Positions 1 through 9,804 of a stretch of 53,342 nucleotides of DNA are shown here, one piece after another. The position numbers and the translations under genes were made by a program. The stretch is taken from contig CAZVJU010000006.1 of assembly GCA_964627195.1 (NCBI GenBank), positions 6,200-59,541 on the forward strand, written 5' to 3'. Origin of the DNA: an uncultured Gammaproteobacteria bacterium. GTDB lineage: Bacteria; Patescibacteriota; Microgenomatia; UBA8517. Under the pieces are notes generated by a model. That model saw only the letters and a program-made list of their open reading frames with translations, had not been told where the DNA came from and searched no databases. Each line of letters starts with the position of its first letter. The stretch's first letter is position 1.

Positions 1-75
1 GGCTTGAAGAGGCGGGGCGAGGAAGGGCATAGAAAGATTACCGCCGAGAAACAGAACCTGGCTTACTAGCCTCCA
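1..75 (+). ncRNA. rnpB: RNase P RNA, 3' portion (truncated by window edge)
   Basis: Contains AAACAGAACCTGGCTTAC, matching the universally conserved 3' P4 motif (ACAGAACCCGGCTTA), preceded by a TAGAAAGATTACC segment; a terminator follows. Confidence 0.85.
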
Positions 76-87
76 GAGTACGAAACG

Positions 88-112
88 ACCCCGATTCAAT
101 CGGGGTTTTTTC
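88..112 (+). terminator. Rho-independent terminator of rnpB
   Basis: ACCCCGAT-TCA-ATCGGGGT hairpin followed by a T run. Confidence 0.8.
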
Positions 113-199
113 GTTTCGGGCGATGGCGAATGAAATACGACTTATAGTCTTGAATTAATGTGAAAAATAAGCGAAAATAATGTTTGCGATAGCTTAACT

Positions 200-469
200 A
201 TGTATTATGTTTATGTCTTACAGAGTTTGAAAGACAAGGAACTTTACACGGGTTTTGCTGTAGATCTAGAAAAAAGATTGTATAAACATAACAACGGATC
301 GGTTAGTGCAACAAAAAGTAGAAAGCCTTTGAAGTTAATTTATTATGAGGTTTGTGTTGACAAAAGAGATGCAACACACAGAGAAAGATATTTAAAAACC
401 TCATGGGGGAAAAGATATGTCAAAAATAGACTTAAGAATTATTTTAGAAGTATGGCCACAGTTAGATAA
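200..469 (+). CDS. Stand-alone GIY-YIG nuclease family protein
   Basis: YYVYVL...LYTG...RL..HN.G..T..RKP..LIYYE...A..RE..LK motifs. Confidence 0.9.
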   Translation: MYYVYVLQSLKDKELYTGFAVDLEKRLYKHNNGSVSATKSRKPLKLIYYEVCVDKRDATHRERYLKTSWGKRYVKNRLKNYFRSMATVR

Positions 470-521
470 GCTAAAGCTATCTAACGTGGCTCCGTTAAGT
501 GCTCTGAAAGAGCTACTTAAC
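455..521 (+). repeat. Two adjacent hairpins between the GIY-YIG gene and the next RBS
   Basis: GCCAC-A-GTTAGAT...ATCTAAC-GTGGC (455-490) and GTTAAGT-GCTCT-GAA-AGAGC-T-ACTTAAC (494-521), directly before GGAGGAGGTGA. Confidence 0.6.
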
Positions 522-539
522 TGGAGGAGGTGAAGATAA

Positions 540-1223
540 ATGAACGGATTAACAGTTTGGCAGGAAGCTTTAATTGCTTCATGGAATCAGGTTTGGATGT
601 CGTTTTTGGAAATACTACCGACTGTTCTCGGTGCGGTTATTGTTTTTGCCATAGGACTTATATTTGCCTTTTGGGCTAAGCGCTTAGTTATAGGGGTACT
701 CAGTGCTTTGAGAGCAGAAAAAGTTGCAGATTCACTTGGCATCGATCAGTTTTTAAAAAAAGCGGAGGTTAAGCTAAATTTCGTTGAGCTTTTGGGACTT
801 TTCCTGGAGTGGCTTATCATTTTAATTTTCTTCTTAGCGGCGGTTGATATACTTGGTTTATCGGTTGTATCAGATGTACTTAACCGTGTTGTTTCTTATA
901 TTCCCAATATTTTAGCTGCAGTACTTATATTTGCGGCAGGACACTATATTGCCAGAGTTACCGAAAATTTGGTCAAAGGTGCCTTGATATCGGTGGATCA
1001 CGAGGCTGCAAAGCCGGTTGCAAAATTTGCCCGGTGGTTAGTACTTGTAATTGCGTTTTTTGCAGGGATAGATCAACTCCAGATTGCTAAGAGTCTTATT
1101 ACGACATTTTTCCAAGGTCTTACCTATACTATAGTTATAGTTATTGGTCTTGGACTAGGATTAGGGTCAAAGGATCTGGTAGCTAAAATACTTACCGATT
1201 GGTATAAAAAAATCAGTAAATAA
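540..1223 (+). CDS. Conserved TM-helix repeat protein (CmpX/MscS-associated type)
   Basis: Two repeated units (F/Y-I/L-P-x-I/V-L-x-A..I), multiple TM segments, strong SD. Confidence 0.75.
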   Translation: MNGLTVWQEALIASWNQVWMSFLEILPTVLGAVIVFAIGLIFAFWAKRLVIGVLSALRAEKVADSLGIDQFLKKAEVKLNFVELLGLFLEWLIILIFFLAAVDILGLSVVSDVLNRVVSYIPNILAAVLIFAAGHYIARVTENLVKGALISVDHEAAKPVAKFARWLVLVIAFFAGIDQLQIAKSLITTFFQGLTYTIVIVIGLGLGLGSKDLVAKILTDWYKKISK

Positions 1224-1312
1224 ATAGTTAACCTTGCGATAAGGATTTGGATTTTGGTCAGAGTTTTTATACGCCTCGTTTTCATATATAATGGATTTAC
1301 TAGGCACTGCCC

Positions 1313-3001
1313 ATGCAAATAACACCAGAATCCCTCAAAAAAATTATTGTCGGCAGCGGTTTTGTTGGTGAAGCTGACTTTGATGGTGCTGCTAAAACAG
1401 CAATTGAGCTTGGAAAAAATATTGTAGACATATTGATTTTCCGGGGTCTTATAAACGAAGAGACCATTGGGAAATTGGTGTCAGAGCACTTCGAAGTCCC
1501 CTTTATCAGTCTTCGTAGACAAAATATTCAGTCTGAAGTTCTTTCTCTCATTCCTGAAAAGATGGCACGGATGTACAGGATTGTCCCTATTGGTAAAGAA
1601 AAAGGCAAATTAAAAATTGCGATGGAAAATCCTGAGGATTTTGAGGCTCTTGAATTTGCCAAAAGACATACAGGTTTTGAGATAGAAGCCTATTATGCCA
1701 CTAAAGATGACTTATCTAAAGCCTTGGGACAATACAAAAAAGGTATTAAAGAGGATTTTGAGAAAATAATATCCGAAAACGTCAAAAGGATTGGACCCGA
1801 AGCGGATGAAGAAGATCTCGCCAAGGCAGCGGAGCAAGTTCCGATTGTAAAAATTTTAGATACAATCATGAGCTATGCAATAACGGAGAAGGCAAGCGAT
1901 ATTCATATTGAAGTTCAGGAAGAAGAGGTAGTTGTTCGTTTCAGAATTGACGGAGTGCTGAGGGATATTGTAAAGTTTCCCCGCGGAATTGAGACGGCTT
2001 TGGTTGCCAGAATAAAAATTCTGTCGAATTTAAAAATTGATGAGCACAGAACTCCCCAAGACGGCCGGCATAAATTTCTATTTGAAGACGAAGTAGTTTC
2101 TTTGAGAATTTCAATAATTCCCGGATTCTATGGGGAAAATGTGGTTATGCGTCTTTTACAGGAAGCAAATAGACCTTTATCGCTTGAGGAGCTTGGTTTA
2201 ACAGGGCATAACTTGGAAATTATCCGCTCGAATATGACCAGACCGCATGGCATGATTCTGGTTACAGGTCCAACAGGTTCAGGAAAGACTACAACTTTAT
2301 ATTCCGTTCTTAATATTCTTAACACGATTGAAGTGAAAATTTGCACTATTGAAGACCCGATCGAATATGCAATTGGCAGGGTTACCCAAATTCAAGTAAA
2401 CCCGAAAACCGGCATCGAGTTTTCAGCCGGCTTGCGGGCGCTCATGCGCCACGATCCGGACATTATCATGGTAGGCGAGATTCGTGACAAGGAAACCGCA
2501 GAAATTGCTATTCACTCAGCTCTCACCGGCCATTTGGTGCTTTCTACTCTGCATACCAATACCGCAGCTGGAGCTATACCACGATTTTTGGATATGGGAG
2601 CTGAAGATTTTCTTCTTGCTTCAACGTTAAATGTAGTTATTGCCCAGAGGTTGGTCCGAAAGATTTGCTCAAATTGTATTATTAAATACGCTCCCAGTGA
2701 TGTGGTTCGAAAAAAACTTTCCAAAGATTTGGGAGTAAACCTCGAAGATCAAAAATTTTATAAAGGCCAGGGGTGTAACCAGTGTAATCGGAAGGGCTAC
2801 ACAGGCAGGATCGGAATATATGAAGCTTTGGCTATCACGGAGGAAATCCGAATTTTGATAACCCAAAAGGCGACAAGTGATGAAATTCAAAAAAAGGCAA
2901 TTGAGGAAGGGATGGTTACGATGCTTCAAGATGGGTTAGACAAAGTTTCTTCCGGTTTAACTACGATAGAGGAAGTGTTAAGAGTGGTAAGGGAGGAGTA
3001 G
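1313..3001 (+). CDS. pilB: Type IV pilus/T2SS assembly ATPase (PilB/GspE)
   Basis: ASDIHIE, Walker A GPTGSGKTTT, TIEDPIE, DPDIIMVGEIRD, TGHLVLSTLHTN, two CxxC. Confidence 0.95.
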   Translation: MQITPESLKKIIVGSGFVGEADFDGAAKTAIELGKNIVDILIFRGLINEETIGKLVSEHFEVPFISLRRQNIQSEVLSLIPEKMARMYRIVPIGKEKGKLKIAMENPEDFEALEFAKRHTGFEIEAYYATKDDLSKALGQYKKGIKEDFEKIISENVKRIGPEADEEDLAKAAEQVPIVKILDTIMSYAITEKASDIHIEVQEEEVVVRFRIDGVLRDIVKFPRGIETALVARIKILSNLKIDEHRTPQDGRHKFLFEDEVVSLRISIIPGFYGENVVMRLLQEANRPLSLEELGLTGHNLEIIRSNMTRPHGMILVTGPTGSGKTTTLYSVLNILNTIEVKICTIEDPIEYAIGRVTQIQVNPKTGIEFSAGLRALMRHDPDIIMVGEIRDKETAEIAIHSALTGHLVLSTLHTNTAAGAIPRFLDMGAEDFLLASTLNVVIAQRLVRKICSNCIIKYAPSDVVRKKLSKDLGVNLEDQKFYKGQGCNQCNRKGYTGRIGIYEALAITEEIRILITQKATSDEIQKKAIEEGMVTMLQDGLDKVSSGLTTIEEVLRVVREE

Positions 3002-3009
3002 TTTTCAGT

Positions 3010-4224
3010 ATGCTTTTATATAAATACAAAGCTAAAGACAAGGAAGGCAAGATAATAGAGGATGTTGTTCAGGCAGTAAATAAAAAGGAAGCTGTAGCTT
3101 TTCTCAAATCTGACGATTATCAGGTTTTAACTATTAAGAACTTAAGTAAAGGGGGGGGATTTGTTATTTTCGGCGGAGGAATATCTGTATCTGAAAAAGC
3201 TGCCTTTTGTCGGTTTATGGCTACGATGCTTAGGGCGGGACTTCCTCTTCCTGAAGCGATTGATATTATTCGTCAGGAGACCCGCAATAAAAAACTCCAG
3301 GAAGTGCTTTTTGATATATCCTTTCATATAAGAAAAGGTGCGCAAATTTCTTCCGTTCTTGCCGGTTATAAATCTGAATTTGATCCTGTTTTTTTAACAA
3401 TGATTAAGGCAGGAGAAGAATCCGGTACTCTGGAGAAATCTTTTGATTATTTGGCAAAACAACTTTTAGCTTCTTATGAACTGTCCCAGAAAGTAAAAAG
3501 TTCAATGATGTATCCGATGGTTATTATAGGAGCGATGATTGCAAATGCAGGTGTTATGTTAGGCTTCGTACTTCCTAAAATGAGTGAGGTTTTTCTTTCT
3601 CTCAATGTTGAATTACCCACCGTTACACGATTTGTTCTGAATTTTGGCAAAGCTGTTGGCCAAAACATGGCTATAACATTCGGAGCGTTTTTTGCAGTCA
3701 TTTTTATAGTTATTATGCTTTTTTTGATCCGGTCTACGAGAACTTTGATTTTTTCATTTTTTGTCAAACTTCCGGTTATATCAAAGGTGATGGATCAACT
3801 AGATACTGCCAGATATGCAAGAACTTTCTCGACACTTCTGAAAAGCGGAGTTCCGATAATGGTTGCACTTGATGTTTCCTCCGATGTCCTCAGGCAGCCG
3901 GGTCTTAAAAGGCAGGCGAAAGAGTTAAGTAGCGGCGTGGCAAAGGGTATGTCCCTGAGTGAAATTTTGACAAAGCAGAAAAGATCTTTTCCGGTTACGA
4001 TGATACAAACCATTCGTGCGGGAGAAAAAACAGGAAGTTTGGAAATTGTCTTAGATGAGCTGGCTGCCTTTTATGAAATGGAGGTTGATTATAGTTTAAA
4101 GCGAGCAACCGCGCTATTGGAACCACTTCTCATGCTCATTATCGGAGTTGCGGTTGGAGCTATGGTGATTCTTCTGATCACACCTATTTATAGTATAGTG
4201 GGAGGATTGGAAAGTGGTTTGTGA
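3010..4224 (+). CDS. pilC: Type IV pilus platform protein (PilC/GspF)
   Basis: Two GspF domains (AGEESG.L, AGEKTG.L), YP motif, LEP..I, TM helices. Confidence 0.95.
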   Translation: MLLYKYKAKDKEGKIIEDVVQAVNKKEAVAFLKSDDYQVLTIKNLSKGGGFVIFGGGISVSEKAAFCRFMATMLRAGLPLPEAIDIIRQETRNKKLQEVLFDISFHIRKGAQISSVLAGYKSEFDPVFLTMIKAGEESGTLEKSFDYLAKQLLASYELSQKVKSSMMYPMVIIGAMIANAGVMLGFVLPKMSEVFLSLNVELPTVTRFVLNFGKAVGQNMAITFGAFFAVIFIVIMLFLIRSTRTLIFSFFVKLPVISKVMDQLDTARYARTFSTLLKSGVPIMVALDVSSDVLRQPGLKRQAKELSSGVAKGMSLSEILTKQKRSFPVTMIQTIRAGEKTGSLEIVLDELAAFYEMEVDYSLKRATALLEPLLMLIIGVAVGAMVILLITPIYSIVGGLESGL

Positions 4225-4553
4225 CGATGAACGAAGAAAAAAGAAGCTCCACTTCACTAATAGTATTTGTAGTTTTACTTTTAGTGATAGTCATCTTGGT
4301 CATATCAGCCTTTAAATTGTTTTCTTTTTCAGACAAAGAATCAGCAGTGTCTGGCGAAGACAACGAGGAAACCACCACCGACAATTCTCAGGAGAATTTT
4401 GTTGGCGATTATTTTACTGAAGAATTTGCTAAAAGCCCTGAAGCTAATGAAGTGGAGTCTGAAGGTATAGGAGAATCCAAAAGTTGCGAACTTTTAGGTC
4501 AGAATGTGCGGGAGGGAACAGTAATTAATGATTCTACATGTGCTTCTCCCTAG
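4221..4553 (+). CDS. Hypothetical membrane-anchored acidic protein
   Basis: Overlaps pilC stop; N-terminal TM helix. Confidence 0.55.
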   Translation: MTMNEEKRSSTSLIVFVVLLLVIVILVISAFKLFSFSDKESAVSGEDNEETTTDNSQENFVGDYFTEEFAKSPEANEVESEGIGESKSCELLGQNVREGTVINDSTCASP

Positions 4554-4575
4554 AATGGGAATTTTTGCGTTAGTT

Positions 4576-6033
4576 TTACTTTTCCTCTCTCCAAGATATA
4601 AATTCATACTCTCCGGAAGTTGGAAAATAAGGCGGAGGAGCGTAGAGAAGATTGGTATCATAGTTCACCGTGCGGGTTGTAAAACCTGAAATAAGAGTTG
4701 AGCCGTACGTATGGTTCCAATACGACTTGTAGTAATTGATGAGAGCTCCGTTTATTGTCAAACTGTTTTTTATAGAGCCAATTAGAGGATTAATCCCGAT
4801 GTTTGTTCGACATTGATCGTTTGTATATCTATGTCTGATAATTTTTCCTTTTTGTGCCATAAGCACAGCATCTACTTGAAAGTTGTTAGGTATATCTCGG
4901 GTGAAAAAGATATTGTCTTGGGAAATAATACCTAATACGTCGCTTCCGTCGTATGCTGTATAGGTAATACTATTAGGGATCCAGACATCTACCTGACTCG
5001 ATTGTATGGGAAATGTGGCAGCGGTTACTGTAATTCGTCCTCGAACAGTACCTTCTAACCAGAGGTTATCTTCTACGAAGACTATTGGATTATCCAATAC
5101 GTTATAAGTTCCTAGAGTGGTTTCTGATGTTATTACTTGATCAAGATTTCTACATCCTCCAACCCCCTCAGCTCCTAAGCCTGAACCCGATGTACTAAAT
5201 CCACGAATCGCGGATGTTGAATCAACTCTCTTTACGGTAAAAGACCCATCGTTTGAAAAAATGACGTGATAACCTCTTTTTCCTGATGAATCAAGATGAA
5301 GTCCGTCTGTTAGAGCGGAGTCTCTTATATTTGTAAGATCGACTGAAATAGCATCAAAATCAACTTGTGTTACAGGGAATTGCCACAGTCCTTGGTCGCC
5401 TCCACTTCCCCAGACTCCTGGTTTTTGTTGAGGAGTGTTATTAGGAGGAGGATAGCCAGGACCGCATCCGGTTTCACTTCCACACATATATGTGTCCTGA
5501 GCGCTTGTAATAAGTGAAGTATTTGTTCCGTCCATGCGAATACCGTTATTAGAGTGGATTAAACCATTAATAGTAATTCCAGCTCCATACCAAGTACTTG
5601 CATTTGTGAGGAATGAGTATCTGGCAAAGGAAGGAATTCCGTATTGTACGGAAACAGTTCTTTTTATTTTTGGATATTGATAAGTCCAACCTGTAGATTT
5701 AATGGTTACTACAGAAGAGCCAAGATTTGGCTCAACTATTTCAAGACTGTATTTTCCAAGGGCTTTCCCTTGAGGATCCGTGAATTCATGTTCATATGGG
5801 CCCGGTTGGCCTGTTCCATCAGTAAAATCATCCGGGTCGTGGGCCAGATGCCAGCGGTAATAGTTTACGCCTGCTTCAGCAATGTGGAGTGCACTCTCCA
5901 AACCTACTTGTCTATTTGAATAGTTAAACTGTAAAGTCAGAACAAAAAGAATTCCGTAAAGAACAACTAAAAGAGCACCGGTTATAATAAGGAGAGCCGG
6001 AGTGATTGTACCCGTGAGTGAAAAACGCTTCAT
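4576..6033 (-). CDS. PilX-like minor pilin with C-terminal beta-rich domain
   Basis: N-terminal hydrophobic helix, A..IAEAGVNYY motif, C-terminal PPPYFP...W.E. Confidence 0.75.
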   Translation of the reverse strand: MKRFSLTGTITPALLIITGALLVVLYGILFVLTLQFNYSNRQVGLESALHIAEAGVNYYRWHLAHDPDDFTDGTGQPGPYEHEFTDPQGKALGKYSLEIVEPNLGSSVVTIKSTGWTYQYPKIKRTVSVQYGIPSFARYSFLTNASTWYGAGITINGLIHSNNGIRMDGTNTSLITSAQDTYMCGSETGCGPGYPPPNNTPQQKPGVWGSGGDQGLWQFPVTQVDFDAISVDLTNIRDSALTDGLHLDSSGKRGYHVIFSNDGSFTVKRVDSTSAIRGFSTSGSGLGAEGVGGCRNLDQVITSETTLGTYNVLDNPIVFVEDNLWLEGTVRGRITVTAATFPIQSSQVDVWIPNSITYTAYDGSDVLGIISQDNIFFTRDIPNNFQVDAVLMAQKGKIIRHRYTNDQCRTNIGINPLIGSIKNSLTINGALINYYKSYWNHTYGSTLISGFTTRTVNYDTNLLYAPPPYFPTSGEYEFISWREEK

Positions 6034-6067
6034 ATATTATTTCATTCTAGATCCTAAAGTTAGTCTT

Positions 6068-6718
6068 TTAAAGATTCTCTTTAAGAATTCTCAGTTGAGT
6101 GTAAGATTCAAGAATGAAATTATTGTCCGCGTCATTATTTTTTGTATTTAATTCAAGAAAAACTTTCATAAGTTTAGTATCAGATAACCGGACAGGTTCG
6201 GCTAGTGGATTATTTGCTGTGTCCGCCGGCCAATCACCATTGTAATAATAAAAGATTGGATTTGCGCCATTTCGGACATTGTCAGAAAGAACTCTTACTT
6301 TTTCATTTGCAGGAGGATAGGTCGCAGGGTAACCTATCGGTTCTATTACCCCCTTGACAAATTGCGTTCCTGTTAATGAATATCGGACCTTTTCAGTTAC
6401 TCCGTCGTAATCGATATCGGAATAAAAAATCATTTCTTGGTCCCGAGCTCGCTCCATGGGATAGGCTGCGTTTTCCCCCGTTTGGATGTTTCTTAGGTCA
6501 CGGACCATTAAACTAACTTGCGAATTTGTTTCCTCGATGTTTAAGAGATTTTTGAAAGTAACAAGCCTGCTTTGTGTAGTGATATAAATCAGCGACAGAA
6601 TACCTCCGCCGAGAATTACTGTAATCACCGCAGTGATAAGGACTTCGATGAGTGTAAAACCCGAATTGGTAGTAAGTGGTAAGTTGTGAGTTGTAAGTGG
6701 TCTGAAATTAGTTTTCAT
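6068..6718 (-). CDS. Prepilin-type minor pilin (PilW/PulJ-like)
   Basis: G|FTLIEVLI class III signal peptide. Confidence 0.85.
   Translation of the reverse strand: MKTNFRPLTTHNLPLTTNSGFTLIEVLITAVITVILGGGILSLIYITTQSRLVTFKNLLNIEETNSQVSLMVRDLRNIQTGENAAYPMERARDQEMIFYSDIDYDGVTEKVRYSLTGTQFVKGVIEPIGYPATYPPANEKVRVLSDNVRNGANPIFYYYNGDWPADTANNPLAEPVRLSDTKLMKVFLELNTKNNDADNNFILESYTQLRILKENL
6672..6701. repeat. Heptamer tandem repeat (GTRAGTK x4) in prepilin leader
   Basis: GTAAGTG GTAAGTT GTGAGTT GTAAGTG; encodes PLTTHNLPLTT. Confidence 0.7.
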
Positions 6719-6753
6719 AGTTATTGATTCATAATTTCCTCTTCTTAACTTCC

Positions 6754-8115
6754 TTATTGTGGAGTTAAAATTATTTGTTCTTGTGTTTGGTTCAGAACGT
6801 CGATATTGTTGCTAAAGTCCAAAAATCCAGATGCTGTTGCACTCATGAGATAGGACTGTGCTTGTAATCCTGGAAAAAAGGTTTGTCCGAAATCAGGATC
6901 GGATGATCCTCCTGAATATTTTGTTTCGGAATATCCGCTTCCTGCATCTGATAATATTGCGGACACCGAAGCGACGGGAGTATTTGATGTGTCCACAAAT
7001 GTAGTAAGAAGACTGTTTGTGGTATGGGGTGAAAGAGAAACTACTAAGGAAGGGTTTGTATTTGGAAGAACAGCAATTGGTAAGTAGGGATTGGCTCCGG
7101 AAATATCGTAAGGGGAGGATGGTTCTAAAATGACTACATAGTTATCCCACTCGAAATCTGTCAAATTTAGAGTTCCTGAAGAATCGGTGGATAAAGCTTC
7201 GTCATATTTGTAGACAGACTGTCCAGATGTATCTACACCTATCGTTTTTTGTCCTCTTAGTTGAAAGTTTACATTTCCCAAGGACGCGAAGCTATTCTCT
7301 CTGGAATCAACTGTTGAAATTACAAGTGTAGAGATTTGGTCAATTGCAAAACTAATTTCAGTGAGAGCACCATCTAAAATAGTCTGATGAGGCTTATTGG
7401 GATTGGCCACTTCACTAGTTGAGTATGTTCGCTCAACGCTATAACCTGGTTTTGTAACTGTTATCTCGTAACAGGAATTACAAATAGGCATACCTGGTCG
7501 GATAACTCTTCCGTTATCGGAAGTTGAGGTAGTTATATTAATTGGCGGAGCGAGAGAATTTGCAATTATTGTTACCGTTGCTTGAGGGATTGGGTCGCCA
7601 TTTGAGTTAAATACAAGAATAGAAAGTGTCCCTCCACCTGCGGTTGTTTCTACTCCTTTAGGGGCGATATCACTCAAAAGCACTACCGGGTTTTTTCTTG
7701 AAGTGGCAACGCCTTCCCATGAAACTTCAACCCTGACTCGTTTGTAGTCTGTAGCTAAAGTATCATCCGGAATTCCTCCTTCTGTACCATCAAAGGGATC
7801 ATCAATATAAATTATTTCTGTTTTAACAGTATAATTAAGTTTATTTCGAGTAATAGTTTCTTCTCGCAGAATAGGACCCCAGGGAACACCACCTAGCGTT
7901 CCTACATTATCAAACGGGAGGTTTCTAAGTAGTTCCAGTTTTTCCTGGGCAAGGTGTTTGGCAGTTATTCTGGCCCGATTAAAAGAAACGAAATTAAAAG
8001 ACGCGCCGACAACCGTAAATATCGCCTGGGCAAGAATCGAAAAGACAGCGAGTGCAACAAGAATGCCAATGAGACTTTGGCCACGGATAAGACCGTTATT
8101 AGTGTTGGACAGCAT
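6754..8115 (-). CDS. PilV-like minor pilin with carboxypeptidase-regulatory-like (Ig-like) domains
   Basis: G|QSLIGILV leader, A..LAQEKLE..R, DYKRV.VEVSW, G.L.I.V....G.PI..ATV. Confidence 0.75.
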   Translation of the reverse strand: MLSNTNNGLIRGQSLIGILVALAVFSILAQAIFTVVGASFNFVSFNRARITAKHLAQEKLELLRNLPFDNVGTLGGVPWGPILREETITRNKLNYTVKTEIIYIDDPFDGTEGGIPDDTLATDYKRVRVEVSWEGVATSRKNPVVLLSDIAPKGVETTAGGGTLSILVFNSNGDPIPQATVTIIANSLAPPINITTSTSDNGRVIRPGMPICNSCYEITVTKPGYSVERTYSTSEVANPNKPHQTILDGALTEISFAIDQISTLVISTVDSRENSFASLGNVNFQLRGQKTIGVDTSGQSVYKYDEALSTDSSGTLNLTDFEWDNYVVILEPSSPYDISGANPYLPIAVLPNTNPSLVVSLSPHTTNSLLTTFVDTSNTPVASVSAILSDAGSGYSETKYSGGSSDPDFGQTFFPGLQAQSYLMSATASGFLDFSNNIDVLNQTQEQIILTPQ

Positions 8116-8129
8116 GAAATTTATATATG

Positions 8130-8158
8130 TCCTTCGACTCCCTTTGGTCGCTCAGGAT
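8130..8158. repeat. REP-like short palindromic element
   Basis: TCCTTCGACTCCCTTTGGTCGCTCAGGAT, resembling the CTTCGAC...GCTCAGG elements often found near small GIY-YIG genes. Confidence 0.55.
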
Positions 8159-8214
8159 GGGAAAGGATAATACCTTTCTCAATTGATATTAAGTATATCA
8201 TCTGCAATAATGAA

Positions 8215-8357
8215 TAATAATGCGAATGCAACGAATTTTTATACGAATGCAACGAATGGCTACGAATGAATTGGATTAATAATTTGTAGTTACCACGCCT
8301 AGCGTGGCAAAGCTTTGCTTATTCGTATCATTCGGATACATTCATAGATTAGCATTA
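8215..8357. repeat. CGAAT/ATTCG direct plus inverted repeat tract in divergent intergenic region
   Basis: CGAATGCAACGAAT at 8223 and 8244; complementary ATTCG copies at 8321-8334; inner hairpins CCACG-CCTAG-CGTGG and GCAAAGCTTTGC. Confidence 0.7.
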
Positions 8358-8364
8358 TTTTTTT

Positions 8365-9804
8365 ATGTTCAAAAAAACGTTCATTTCAATTTATTTTTTG
8401 GCCAGTAGGGTAATTGTAGTTCAACTATCTTCTGATAAAAAGAAAATCGTTAAGGAAGCGACGGTAGAAATTCCTCCAGGAATTATAGAAAACTCTAAGG
8501 TGATTGACGAGAAAGGTCTTTCTCAAATCTTAAAAAACGTTTGGACTAAGTTTCACCTCAAGGAAAAATCAGTAGGTCTTATCCTGCCAGAATTTTCTAC
8601 TTTTACTAAGCTTTTTAAACTGCCGAAACTGAGAGTATCTGAACTTGCAGAGGCAGTTACCTGGCAAGCTCAGGAATTCCTTCCTACGCTCCCGTCAGAA
8701 ATGATTACAGATTGGAAAATAGTAGAAAAGAGCTTAGCCGGTTTTGAAATTTTGTTTATTGCGGTTAATAGAGAGCTTCTTATTGGCTATGTTAAAGCGA
8801 GCGAGATGGCTGGTCTTTTTCCTTTAGTTGTAGAGATACCCTCTGTAGGGTTAGCGAGGCTCACCAGCGAAAAAGGATCAGGAAGTTTTATTGTGTATAC
8901 CAATTTCGGCGAAACCCTTCTAATTATCTCCGAAAAGGAAAAGATTTTCGGGACTTCAGTTTTTTATGGTGCGAGTAGTGAGCAGATAGTTAAAACGTCA
9001 CAGCGCATGCTGGTTCATTACAAAGATGTTAAAGTGGCAAAGCTGCTGGTTGGCGGAAATGAAATGACAGAGGAGTTATCTAAAAAACTAGGTTCCGCTC
9101 TGAAACTCTCGTCAGAATGGTTACAACCTCAACTTGTCAATCTGGAATCAAAGGAAATCCAGCAATTTTTAATTCCTATATCTCAGCAATTTGGGGAAAC
9201 TGCTGAGCCTATGGACCCGACTTCCGTCAATTTACTTCCAGCGGCATTGGTGGATAGATATAGAGTTGCAAAATTAAAACTTCAAATTTGGAGCCTGACG
9301 TTAACTGTTACCTTGTTTGTTTGGATTTCATTTTTAATAACATTGGGCGCGTATCTTTTTATGAGAGAAAGTACTGCCCAACTCAAGTCAAGTATGAAGG
9401 TAAGTGTTAACGCTCAGAAACGGCAGGAGTTTGTGAAAGAGGTAGAAGCAACCAATAGGATATCGGGAAAGATTCTTGCTATCAAAAAAAGTCATGTCTT
9501 GCCGCAGAAAATACTTAATGGTATTTATAGCGCAAAACCTTCCACTATTTCCTTAGTTTCATATTCGCTCGACTTGGATAAAGGGGAGATTGACCTAACA
9601 GGGATATCATCGTCCCGGGAATCTTTACTTGCCTTTAAACAAAATTTAGAGTCGACTGAAAATTTTTCGTCAGTAGCTATACCTATATCGAGTTTCGAGG
9701 AGGAAACAAATTTACTATTCCAGATGAGTTTTAAATATAAACCGATTTATACAGTTATACCATCCCAACCTGTAAAGAAAGAAAGGGTAATAAATGATAA
9801 CTAA
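8365..9804 (+). CDS. pilM: PilM-PilN fusion protein
   Basis: N-terminal actin-like PilM domain, internal VNLLP motif then TM helix and PilN-like domain. Confidence 0.8.
   Translation: MFKKTFISIYFLASRVIVVQLSSDKKKIVKEATVEIPPGIIENSKVIDEKGLSQILKNVWTKFHLKEKSVGLILPEFSTFTKLFKLPKLRVSELAEAVTWQAQEFLPTLPSEMITDWKIVEKSLAGFEILFIAVNRELLIGYVKASEMAGLFPLVVEIPSVGLARLTSEKGSGSFIVYTNFGETLLIISEKEKIFGTSVFYGASSEQIVKTSQRMLVHYKDVKVAKLLVGGNEMTEELSKKLGSALKLSSEWLQPQLVNLESKEIQQFLIPISQQFGETAEPMDPTSVNLLPAALVDRYRVAKLKLQIWSLTLTVTLFVWISFLITLGAYLFMRESTAQLKSSMKVSVNAQKRQEFVKEVEATNRISGKILAIKKSHVLPQKILNGIYSAKPSTISLVSYSLDLDKGEIDLTGISSSRESLLAFKQNLESTENFSSVAIPISSFEEETNLLFQMSFKYKPIYTVIPSQPVKKERVINDN

Noticed and set aside
4554-8364. 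Minor-pilin block as an invertible phase-variation segment
   Set aside because: No matching inverted repeats at the two ends and no invertase seen.
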